A stretch of 63,863 nt of DNA, counting the filler, from Folioceros fuciformis (lineage: Eukaryota), in NCBI GenBank assembly GCA_049999805.1. It is 21 parts of 21 records of this genome, joined end to end, with 100 filler letters (N's around TTAATTAATTAA, not from the genome) between each part and the next. Parts side by side here need not be neighbours in the genome. Positions count along the whole stretch, not along the records: positions 1 to 9,387 come from JBNGIO010000545.1; positions 9,488 to 21,106 come from JBNGIO010000546.1; 19 more parts are not named here. One strand, given 5' to 3'. The notes under the pieces were generated by a model, which had not been told where the DNA came from, searched no databases, and saw only the letters and a program-made list of their open reading frames with translations. This document shows positions 1 to 10,661 of the stretch, piece after piece; the stretch's first letter is position 1; each line of letters begins with the position of its first letter. The translations under genes were made by a program, and so were the position numbers.

Positions 1-27
1 GACAGGCATTGTCCAGCATCCGAAAGC

Positions 28-1973
28 GTGGGGAGCGGGAGTAACTTGAAGCATGAAGCGGGGGAAGGAGGAGAAAGCGCCAGGACGACGGGGCAGACGG
101 CGCAGGGCGTGAGGGTTGAACAGGCACAGGGGAGTGGGAGACCTCCAAGGCGCGAGCGGTGGAGAGAGCTGGGCGAACAAAGGAAGAGCCAGAGGTTGAG
201 TAGGACAAAGGAGTTCCAAGCCCGAGCTTGAGGGGAGGAGGACAGGCAGGATGAGGCTGCGGCCTGAACTGATCCCTAGAGCAGCAGCCTCTAGACAGGA
301 GGGGGGACCTCCTGTCCCCCGAATCGACCTACTTCTGTGGCCCAATATGGAGCACGAGAGGGTCAGGGTAGGAAAGTTGGTGGCAGGGCTGGGTCTAAAC
401 TTTATGACCCAGAAGTGGAACCATGCAGCACCCCAGCTGGTGAGGGAGTGCGCCCTGAGGCTGATAGAGCCTGTACGTGAGGAGGGGATCAGAGGCAGAC
501 CCCAGGAATGGTACCTGGAGTTGATCAGGAGGGTCTACGGGCGCGACCAACAGGAGGAAGGGGGACTGGTGCTGGAGTCCCTGAAGAGGCGTGGCGGAAC
601 GGGAGCTGCGAAAACGCTGCTCAAGGCAGGCACGAGAAAGGAAGCGAACGGGTGGCTGGTGCACGACATGGCGAGTCCCCAGCTGTTGGGATTGGCCAGG
701 TGGTTCCTAAGCTTCTTCCAAGTATGCAAACAGGATTATCTGTCCGATCAGATGCTCTTGTTTGTGCATGAAGTAGTGAAGGGCACCAGGATCGACTGGG
801 GGAGGATTTTATACACCCGGATGGATGAGGAGAGGCAGAACCTGATCCGACCCACCCTTGAACCTTCTATGATTTTCCCGTTTCTAATCCATGTGTACAG
901 TTACGCTAACCTGATCACTGAGCTAGAAAGGCTGGCCTCACTGCACCTGTGGAAGCCAGTTCGCGATGTGAAGTGGAAGCCCGCTGAGCCAGCAAGGGCT
1001 GCCTCCAGCAGTTGGGAAGCTGACAGTGGGAATAGCTCGCAGGAGGAAACCCCATTCAAGCCCAGGAAGAGGATGGCGCCACAAAAGAAGACTCCTGCCA
1101 TGAGGTAAAGGACTAGAGGACAAAGTGTGAGCATGGGGGCTGATCAGGAGGAAGGGGCGAACAGCCCTGGAGCAGACAGGTCAGCAGGAGGCAGAACAAG
1201 AACCAGCTGTCCAGGGAATCAAGGACCGAAGGTTGGAGGAGCAAGGTCAGGGTGGGACAAGACCCGAGGAGCCACCGGATCAAGTGATGGCAGCCGACAC
1301 AATTTCCTCCAGACAGGAGGATAAGTTAGGGCACGTTTCAGCACAGGAGGGTTCCTCAAGGTGGAAGGACATTTTCAGGTGCAGGCCTCAGAGAGACAGG
1401 TTGCAGGTGGGGGACCTGGACAACTTGCGAGAATTCCTGGGCAGACAAATCACGGCGAGAGGAATGGGCACCGGAGGGGTGCAGGAGGTGGACCTACCCG
1501 GGCTGACCGCTGCGATGGTGCAGGCCCAAGCAGACCTCCAAGATCAGGCTGCTAGGGCCCTGACCGGGTTAAGTGTACAAGCAGAGCGAGAGGCCGAGGC
1601 TTGGGGAAAGGAGGAGAAGGCTCGTGAGTGAGAGGTTGAAGCAAGGAGGCAACTGGCGGAGTTAGAGACGGCGCGGCAACTGCTGGAGGAGAAGCAGCGG
1701 GTCTTGGACAGGGAGAAGCCTCAAGCTAAGGAAGAGGCGCGCGAGGCGAGGGCTGGAGTGCAGGCACTGAAAGAGCAACATGAGACCCTGCTAGCTCAAG
1801 TGAGGGAGGCTCACGAGACTAACCTGGAGATGCAACAGGAAATGGCCAGGGCACAGGAGATGGAGATAGCCGCCGTGGAGCAGGCTCAGAAGTTGGTTGA
1901 TAGATACAAGCGGGAGCGGGATGAGGCCAGAGAGAGAGTGAAGAGGAAGAGCAAGGCTGGGTGTCCGAGTTAG
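28..1973 (+). pseudogene. Frameshifted retrotransposon-associated accessory ORF (globular domain followed by a coiled coil), probably the extra ORF of a Ty3/gypsy element
   Basis: ORFs 251-1108, 1233-1631 and 1704-1973 form one disrupted frame: LGLNFMTQKW..IRGRPQEW..IDWGRILY domain, then an E/R/A/Q-rich coiled coil. A highly similar inverted copy with different lesions lies at 37478-39330, so it is a repeat. Confidence 0.55.
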
Positions 1974-2087
1974 TCGGCGACCCCGGTAGCAGAAGGGGCT
2001 ACCGGTAGCTGAACCAGGGGAATGGTAGTCGAGGGGACTACCGGTAGTCCGGTAGTCCACGGGACTACTTAAAGTCGGGTAGCCGAC

Positions 2088-2813
2088 GTGGCTACCGGTG
2101 GCCTAGCAAGGCCTAGGATAGCTGAAGAACCAACCCTGGATACGAAGGAGGAAGCAGTAGGGGCGCCTGCCCCTAGGCGCTCTAGGAGGGTGACCCGTAC
2201 CAGGAGGATAGAGCCGGAGGAGGCAACAGCTGGGCAGGTAGAGAACCTTCAGGTACCCCAGCAGGAGGGGGAGCAGGCAACCCGAGGTAGCCCAAGGGAG
2301 GACGGGGTAAGCACCTCTGTTATGACAGAAGGTCGGATTGTGCTGCAGTATGAGGAGGAGGTCTCTTATGTGCCAGGCCTGTATTTAGAAGGGGCCAGAG
2401 TTCTGAAGCTGTTTCTGTATGTACGTATGGGCACAGGAGGGACGCGGGGCTACGTCCTACAGTTGAGGACGCGCCTGGGACTCTACCATTACAGCTGGTG
2501 GGTGACAGGACTGCCCCACTGCTATGCGGAGGCAATTCTGGAGGAACTGAAGGAAGAGGAGGCCCAGCGCTGGGTAGAACGGGGGCCTATGGATGTCCTT
2601 AGCAACCAGAGAAGGAGGAGGAGTGGTGGACCACAGCGGCGGGACCCACGTGCGCCGCCAGCCAGGTCCAACAGTAGCAGCAGTGATGTGGAGATCCTCT
2701 GGGAGGATCTGCCAGACCAACGGAGGGGCAGAAGAGCGAGAGGAGGAGGAGCAGCAAGGGGTGACACGCGAAGGCCAGGAGGAAGCCGCCAGCGGCGTGG
2801 GAAACGGCAATAG
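2088..2813 (+). CDS. Second accessory ORF of the same repeat (241 aa; low-complexity ends, central globular stretch); function unknown
   Basis: Open frame from a GTG start, directly after the coiled-coil ORF. Central hydrophobic segment RIVLQYEEEVSYVPGLYL..YSWWVTG. Confidence 0.35.
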   Translation: MATGGLARPRIAEEPTLDTKEEAVGAPAPRRSRRVTRTRRIEPEEATAGQVENLQVPQQEGEQATRGSPREDGVSTSVMTEGRIVLQYEEEVSYVPGLYLEGARVLKLFLYVRMGTGGTRGYVLQLRTRLGLYHYSWWVTGLPHCYAEAILEELKEEEAQRWVERGPMDVLSNQRRRRSGGPQRRDPRAPPARSNSSSSDVEILWEDLPDQRRGRRARGGGAARGDTRRPGGSRQRRGKRQ

Positions 2814-3999
2814 TAAATGCAAGCTAGAATAGGATTTCTTAGCGTACTTTATTTGGACCTAAGTCGCTCAAAGTTTAAGAGCGCAGCTCCCCTGCCTGAC
2901 AGGCTTTATGGCGGAAAAAACCGCCATCACCGTGTACAAGAGGCCGGTTTGAAGGCCTAAGAAATCAGCAAGAACCAGCCGAACAGTCGACCTTGCAGGG
3001 ACCTAGCGATGGCCGTTGCTGGACAGGAGGTCCAGGCAAGCGAGCGCACGTAGCAACCTGGGGTGCGGGTGTAGGTGGTGGGCGCTCCGTGATCAAGTCT
3101 GGGGACGAATCGGGAGGAGGAGCCTCGCCGAGTGGGAGAGAAGCTCCCCAGCTATCCTTGAGGTGGTCACGTGGGGTGGTGCAGGTGTCGGAGCCGAATC
3201 CGCGAGTGCGGAGTGGAAGGGACTCCTCTTTCCTTAGCTCCAGTACCTCACCATTCCTCAATAATAGGAGCTCAGGAGGGGGAGTCGCTGAGAAAGAAGA
3301 CTGAAGAACAGGAGAAAAGGAGAGCGCGGGAGTGCGCGTGTGTGAGAAGGAGGAGGAGCGAGTGGCCGAGTAGTGGGTAAGAGCGAATGCGAAAAGGAAG
3401 CCAGAAGGAGTGGAGCAAGAAGTGAAGCGGAGTGGAAGTGATTCGACGACTGTTAAGACAGGCAGTATGTACATAGCGAACTAGTGAGTGGGGTAAGAGA
3501 GAACAAAGCCGGGGAAACCCCGAAGGCAAGGTGGGTAATGTGTGTGGGGTGCAACGGGACGTGGTGTGTATGTGTGACTGGTCGCGATGAGACTAGAGAG
3601 GCTGTGAACAAGCTGAATTAAGACCGCAGGGGGTGTATCTAAAGTGTGTACTCTTGGTTGCCCGGTGGCCCTGGGGCGACCGGGTGGTCGAGAGGTCGCC
3701 TGGTGGGAGAAGTAAGGGGGCTTGGTAAGGTCCGAGCACTGGACGTGTGTGCGTGGCTCAGTCGAGCTTTAGGTGTTAATTGACTTTAGAAGCTAACCTG
3801 TGTAGTTTAACACAAATCATTCCCTTGGGATCGAATCCTAGAGCTACAACGACATAGAGGGCTTGTGTGGACCTCGTGGTACCCTCGGGTACCATATTTT
3901 AACCCCACAGCAGCACAACTTATGCACATATACCAGATAAGCTTTGCCATAAGTTTGCATTCAAGTTTAATCGTCATATTTTCATAGGATACACAGCAG

Positions 4000-6224
4000 G
4001 GATACATGGATATAAGCTGTTTGATCCAGCTACCCGTCGAGTGTCTCATGCTAGGACATTTGCCTTTGATGAAAGTTCTTTCCTTGAGTCTTTGGTTCAT
4101 CCTCCACGTGTTCTCTTTGATATTGATAGTGCTGAAGTAGCAAACCATTCTGTAGAGACAGAGGTAGAGGTCATTGATGACAATTTTGTTACATTTCCTG
4201 CTACTGATCCATCATTTGTAGACCCATTGTTAGTTGTTCCAAACCAACAGCCTTCACAACCAACAGTGTCAGAAGCACTATCTGACCTACCTGGTTCTGG
4301 CAATCAGCCTAATCTTGTGTTAGATGATGATGATTCTAATCTTCTAATAGATCATGTTCCATCCAATGATGAAGAACTAGAAGACTTTGCACCTGCAGTT
4401 CCTCAACCTGACATTGCACAGAACATAGATCCGTCTATAGATGATCCTATGGAGTATTTGCTGCCTGATTCTCAGACTGTTCCACTCAGGAGATCTTCTT
4501 GAGTACACATAAGTCGTGAAAACTTGACAGAACCACCTTATCGCAGTTACGACTTCAGGAAGGCTTCTCAACCTCATGGCTCAGCATCGGACCTCAATCT
4601 GGTCTTTGAACCTGGCTATGAACCACAGACATATCGAGAGGCAGTTAGTGGTCTAGACTCTAAGCATTGGCAAGCAGCTATTCATTCTGAATACGACTCA
4701 TTAATACTGAATCATACCTGGAAGCTAGTTTCTCCACCTGAAGGGAGAAAGATTGTCACCTCTAAATGGGTATTTAAGCTGAAATATAAGGCAGACGGAT
4801 CTATCTCTAGATATAAGGCCAGGTTAGTCGCTCGTGGTTTCTCATTGTTTCCTGGCTTAGACTACCATGACACATTTAGCCCTGTTGCTAAATCTCAGTC
4901 TCTTAGGGTCCTATTCTCCATGTCTGCATTCTTTGGCTTGTACATCCATCAGATGGATGTCAAGACCGCCTTCCTTCATGGTAAGTTAGAGGAAGATATT
5001 TTCATGCAACAACTTGAGGGATTTGAGATAGCAGGGAATGAGCATTGGGTTTGTCAATTGCTAAAAACTATCTATGGCCTAAAACAGAGTCCTTGTGCAT
5101 GATATGAGTGCATTGATGAGTTTCTCTTAGGTCTAGGTTTTCTCAAGAGTACAGCTGATACTAAAGTCTACCTTCTGCAAGAGCAAATAGGCTTTGTCAT
5201 ATTAGCCCTGTATGTAGACGATTGCATACTGTTAGGGACAAACTTAGATGGGATTACCCGTGTGAAAGCCTTGCTGTCTGGTCATTTCGAGATGGTAGAC
5301 GTTGGGGAGTTGTCTTATTGTCTTGGCACACAGCTGTATAGAGACCCTGCAAGTGGCACACTCGTTATACATAAGCAAAAGTATATTCTGGATATGCTTT
5401 TCAAGTACAAGCTTGAAGAGGCAAAGACTGCTGCTACACCTCTTGAGGCTATATGCAACTTGACGACAGCACAGTCTCCAGTGTCTGATTCTGACAAGCT
5501 CGAGATGGCTACAGTCCCGTATGCTCAAGCAGTTGGTTCCCTCATCTATTGCTCTAATAACAGTCGACCTGATGTATCCCTGCCAGTGAGCATGGTCTCA
5601 CAACATTTGAAGAACCTAGGAAGGGCACACTGGTCAGCGACTAAGAGGATTCTGAGATACCTTAAAGGTACATGTGATCATAGCATACACTATAATAAAC
5701 AAAGGTCAGAAGGAGAAGAGCTTACCCTTGTCGGGAACTGTGATGCTAACTGGGCTGCAAACCCAGACACAAGGAGGTTGGTGTCTGCCTAAGCTTTCAT
5801 ACTTGCAAGTGGAGCTGTTACCTGGTCATCCAAAAAGCAGACTACTGTCTCCCTCTCTTCAACAGAGCCAGAGTATTCACCACTCACACAAGCATCTAAG
5901 GAGGCCATATGGTTATGAAGGCTACTGGCAGACATGGGTCAACCACAGAGGGACCCGACAGTGATATTCTGTGACAAACAATCAGCACTAGCACTAGCCC
6001 AGAACCCAATATTCCATTCTCGTACTAAGCATATAGAAGTACATCATCATTTTATCAAGCATGCAATGGAAACTGGAGAGGTCAAGTTAGAATACTTACC
6101 AATAGAAGCTAATGCAGCAGACTTACTAACCAAGGCCTTACCTAGGTTGAAGCATCATCAATTGAAAGAAGCCTTAGGTGTCCTAGGACCACTTCACACA
6201 TTGAATTTGTCCAGTAGAGTGTAA
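4000..6224 (+). mobile_element. Ty1/copia pol remnant: integrase C-terminus, reverse transcriptase, RNase H (5' half missing)
   Basis: Motifs KLFDP..TFAFDE, EPQTYREA, KWVFKLK..YKARLVARG, QMDVKTAFLHG, LYVDD, RPDVS, FCDKQSA..HSRTKHIEVHHHF, ADLLTKAL. Several stops and frameshifts. Confidence 0.95.
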
Positions 6225-7275
6225 GACAAAGTGTTTGAGAAGTCAACAAGTGGTTATGTAGAAGTTCACCTGTTACTGAATCCTGGCTAATTGAGCATTT
6301 CAAAGGATGGTTAGAAATCCTGAGAACCATTAGAGGTAGAGCCAACAAAATTCAAGTCATTGTTAGGATTGTCTTCTCCAGATGTATCTTCATCCTCGTC
6401 CATCCTCTCCTTGGACACGGCAAATCAGCCGAGACGTGTGTTAACAGTAGGTCGAGCCACAACAACAGTGGGTATACATCAGACATGCTGCAGACTTACC
6501 ATAGTGTGACACAAAGTTCCCGTCCAGTCCTCCCCACCTACACTAGTTCAGCTTGAACAGTGTTATGTTTGACGTAGGACAGATGAAGACTTCAGGTGTC
6601 ATAGGGTCGTTGGCACCATCCCCATCTGTCACTTCTCGCCTCATCTTGGACAGGTGACCTAAGGGCAAGTCGAATGCTCTAGATTGATAGTCTTGCGGAA
6701 GCACTACCCTGTCCAGTCCATATGTTAGCTTCACAATTCGTGTCTTAACGTTGCAGGATTGAAGGAAGCAGGCTGTTTGGAGGTTGCTGCAGGAGACAAC
6801 TTGAGCGAAGCAATTTCCTGCATCAGCTTTGCCTCTCTCTCGTTCGCCTCCTGAAGACATCTTTGCTAGTGTCTCGCAACTCCCTGATTAGACATCTTGC
6901 GAATATTTTCCTTAGGATGAACAAGGCAAGAAGGAGCGCTCTTAGGACACTTGCAGAACATGCGCTTGAGTGCCGCCGTACCTGATGACTCCTTACCACC
7001 AGATTGAGGGACAGCCACATCAAGTGAGTTCTTCGTTTCTTGTGCCTGCGCCTCGCCTTCAAAAGCTGTTAGGTCTATGGGAGCCGCCCTGGAGCCGGCC
7101 ATCGAGTAGCCTGAAGACGTGCTGTGAACAATCCTTGGAGCTAGTGGCGACTGAGCTAGCAGCAGGGAGACTGATTGAAGGCTAAGTGCCAAATCTGAGG
7201 CCTTCATACCCTAAGCGGTTTCATTTTTAGCATTTTGTTGATTTATCCATTTTGCTAATAGACTGTATATACAAT

Positions 7276-7494
7276 GAGAGGGGGTGTTGAGAAATAAGTA
7301 ATATTTAGTTAGTCATTGTTATATACCTAGGGTTAGTTGTTTATGAGAAACCCTAAACAACAGTTAAGTGACGATTGTAACCGTTCATGGGACTTGGATC
7401 AGATATCCTTGTCCACCCCCGTTGCAATGTTACTAGTTCAGTTCATTCTTGTGAGTCTAGCCGTGCTCGTCCGATCTCTTGGTCAATCTCCACA
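7276..7494 (+). mobile_element. Polypurine tract (7276-7284) and 210-bp 3' LTR (7285-7494) of that copia element
   Basis: GAGAGGGGG immediately followed by TGTTGAGA...TCTCCACA (TG..CA ends with an imperfect terminal inverted repeat). Confidence 0.8.
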
Positions 7495-8395
7495 AAATGT
7501 ATCAGATGAGACCATATAAGCACAGTGTTGGAAAACTTCGTGGAGAAGACGAATTGTGACGAATATCGGTTGGTAGTTATGCATGGAGTGGAGGACGCAC
7601 ATACAGTTAGATAGGCCCTTTGGAAATGGTGTTGGGCCGGAGGCGTAACCTCGTTTGTTTGGGACAAGTCAAATGTGTCCAATGATAAGGGCGGATATGA
7701 GACTGTAGGGTACATCACAATGGCTTGGGGTGCAAAAGTGGGCAATGGAAAAGATAGAGTGTTCATGCTTCCAGGAGTTTCCCGTACCCCATTCAATATA
7801 GGAAAATATGTCATAGTCCATTACTCGGTTGTGAAAAAGCAAATCTACTTGTTGAAGGATAAACGTAGCCTTTGCCTGTATCAGTGATCACTGGGTCTTA
7901 TGATGAAACTTGTGCTTGCATTCTCGAAGAGAGGAGATTGGGTGGTGGACGCTTGCTCCTACAGTGGGACAATGACACTGGCAAGGCTATTTTGGGGAGC
8001 AATTGCATTACAGTTGAGGTGGACTTGCGATGCGTGGCATACATACCCCAACAAATCAATGGCCACGAGGTTCTGCCTGATGTCGAAGAGGAACTAACAT
8101 TTGATGTTCATCGCAAGGGCCTGTCCCAATTGTGGGCGAGGCAAGTTTGCATAGGCGATACGAACAACTTGAAAGCCCAAGTTGTGCCTTTCAATCGACG
8201 GAGCACTCAACCCCTTTCAGTACCTTCGGTGAAGTAGGTCAGACGACGCTGGAGGTGGTGTGGCGAGGATTGCCGGCTCCCGAAGAGGATAAGGAAGACG
8301 GTGACTCGAAGAGGATAAGGAAGATGGTGACTTGTGTAGATAAAGAGTTGGAAGAGATTGAAAACTTAGACACACATGACCAACAAAGGAGTTGA
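7495..8395 (+). pseudogene. Degenerate beta-class amino-DNA methyltransferase (N6_N4_Mtase-like); N-terminus cut off by the copia LTR
   Basis: Frame from 7495 reads ..YRLVVMH..FVWDKSN..YETVGYITMAWG..LCLYQ*SLGLMMKLVLAFSKRGDWVVDACSYSGTMTLA, then after a frameshift AILGSNCITVEVDLRCVAYI. This is the motif order VI-VII-VIII-TRD-X-I-II of beta-class MTases (consensus P.QKP..L..LI...S..GD.VLDPF.GSGTT..AA...GR..IG.E.D). Acidic tail to 8395. Confidence 0.7.
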
Positions 8396-9387
8396 TGTAG
8401 TGTATGACTCCATGTATGCGAATGAGGGTCCATAGAGTTTTCTAGTTTCAGTGTTTTCATGCCGATTGGACCCAGCGTAGATGCAATTAGTGTACAATAC
8501 AGGAGCCGGTGCTCATGAGTGTAGGCTTGAATTAATACATGAAAACAGAGAAAGGTTGTTGTGCAAAAGGTGGTGCTCATTTGCATATAATGCTATTTTG
8601 TTCATTCAGGAACAATTAAGATCTAGTAGCGATTAAGATCTACTAGATCTTAATCGTAGGACATCAAACTTCACGGCATGTACAAGAGTCCTTCATTATT
8701 CAGCCCCTTGCAGCTTTCACATGTAGTACATGTATGTAACTAGTCCGCATGGTGCAGCAACGATCCGTGTGTGGCAACTCAAACATTGACAAATATATCT
8801 CAAAATTTGTATGTAGTGTTTCCTATAGGGGGGCTTGGAGATGGCCTTATAGCTCACATGTATGTGTTCTCACTACAACACTATGATCGTGGAAAAGTGG
8901 CAAAAATAACCATGATGGTGATTGCAGAATAGGCAGATGTATGAGGTCTTGGCTACTTGCAATGTTGCTATTGCTAGAGCAACTGTATTGCTTAAAAATT
9001 GGAATAACCTTTGTGGGCATGTCGTATCTTTAAATGTTGCAAAAGGGAGCGGGGTGGCTAGCTAGCCCCCTACAGGGACCTTGCATACCCCTCATGAGGC
9101 ATCATGTGAACTTTGTGCAAGGCTCTAGTTGCATATGGACGAGTCTACTGCAGCGGGCGTGCAATGGAAGATAGATAGGACTGTAGGTTATGACTATTGA
9201 GGAGGTGCAAGGAGTAGAAAGCACTTGGGTGTGAGGGAGAGCAGTAATGTAAGGGGGCAAGGAGAAAGTCAGGCAAGTGCAATGAGGCATCGTTGGAGGT
9301 TGTGAGGGTGGATGACAAGGGTGGGGAGAAGGAAATGGCTCTCATTGAGGTAGCGTTTCATAGGGAACCATGGGGTGGTTGAGAGGG

Positions 9388-9487
9388 NNNNNNNNNNNNN
9401 NNNNNNNNNNNNNNNNNNNNNNNNNNNNNNNTTAATTAATTAANNNNNNNNNNNNNNNNNNNNNNNNNNNNNNNNNNNNNNNNNNNN
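9388..9487. other. Artificial contig linker (first of 20)
   Basis: 44 N + TTAATTAATTAA (stops in all six frames) + 44 N. Identical linkers start at 9388, 21107, 22789, 24657, 26580, 30398, 31668, 33968, 35680, 37378, 39331, 41661, 45852, 47855, 50143, 51772, 54778, 56774, 58082 and 62556. Confidence 0.99.
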
Positions 9488-9960
9488 CCAGGAAGAGGTA
9501 TACATGCAGCAACCAGAGGGTTTCATTGAGAAGAGCAAAGAGAGTCTGGTGTGTACATTAAAGAAGAGCCTTTATGGTTTGAAGCAAGCACCCCGGGAGT
9601 GGTATTTCAAGTTCCACTCATTTATACTGTCTCAAGGCTACAAACGTAGCGATGAGGATCATTGCCTCTATACGAAGCAAGCTAAGGATGGCAGCTTGCT
9701 CATTCTGGTCCTCTATGTGGATGATATGCTAATTGCTGGGACTAATAGTGATGAGATTTCAGCGTTGAAGTCAAAGTCAAACCCTTCTTTGTGAGAAGGT
9801 GGAAAGTGGAGAATTGTCTTGCTGATGTTCTTACTAAAGCCTTACCGAAGCCCAAGCACGAAATCTGCTGTAGTGGATTGGGGATGACATTAGCTGATGG
9901 TTCATCTATAGTCTAGCTTAAGGGGGCATGTTAAGAAAAACGATCCGTTAGTATAAGCCA
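9488..9960 (+). mobile_element. Internally deleted Ty1/copia end: RT fragment fused to the RNase H tail, PPT and LTR start (9929)
   Basis: MQQPEGF..LKKSLYGLKQAPREWY..LYVDDMLI jumps at ~9775 to ADVLTKALPKPKH..GLGM, then TTAAGGGGGCA-TGTTAAG. Confidence 0.85.
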
Positions 9961-10661
9961 ACCTAGCTTGAACAGACACAACGTTTCCTGAACAGGCTTC
10001 TTATGCCTGGACAATGTCCTTTCTCTACACATTGTTTTAAATTCAATGTCTACCCTTTCAGGGTTGCCATGAGTGAAGAGATGTATGGTATGTGGAAGTT
10101 AGAAATCTCCTGTTGGGTCCTCTGAGGGAGAAGTAGCTGAAGAGAGGAAGACTTGCAATGCATAGTTTCCACTAATCCCCGCTAAAAGATAAATTGCTTG
10201 CTGTTAGACGAGGTCAATGAGCTTCTTTCTTCCAACAATACTCGGGTATGTCTACAAATGTTACATTGTTGCAACTTGTTTGTAGTGATACAACGAATTT
10301 GGCAACCAATTCTTTTTGGCTTGAATTCATCTAAGGAGCCGGCCATTCGACTAGACGAGGACAAGGACAAGGCCAAGGCCGCAATAGCTCAGACTCTAGG
10401 GCTTTGAATAGGTTTCGGCTATTGGCAAAAAACAAATGTCACTGCAATGCAATTTGCATGTTTGCAGTAACCAAAAATTAAAAAAAAGAAAGAAAGAAAG
10501 AAAGAAAGAGAGAAAAATGAAAAGCTCGTTCCTGAGCGTGTCCTGAAAGAATGGCTGCAAGAAATAAAAATCAACATGAACTACAGCCTACGACTCCTCC
10601 ATATCTTCATGGAACATGGTCGCGAAGCTTGTGCACCCGAGTGGAAGCATCCTTGAAGAAT

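Noticed and set aside
9432-9443. Recurrent palindrome TTAATTAATTAA and ORFs ending in X..LIN
   Set aside because: Assembly linker, not biology.
10130-10407. Possible last exons of a plus-strand gene
   Set aside because: A GT..AG pair exists but the peptide is unrecognisable and follows an LTR; insufficient support.
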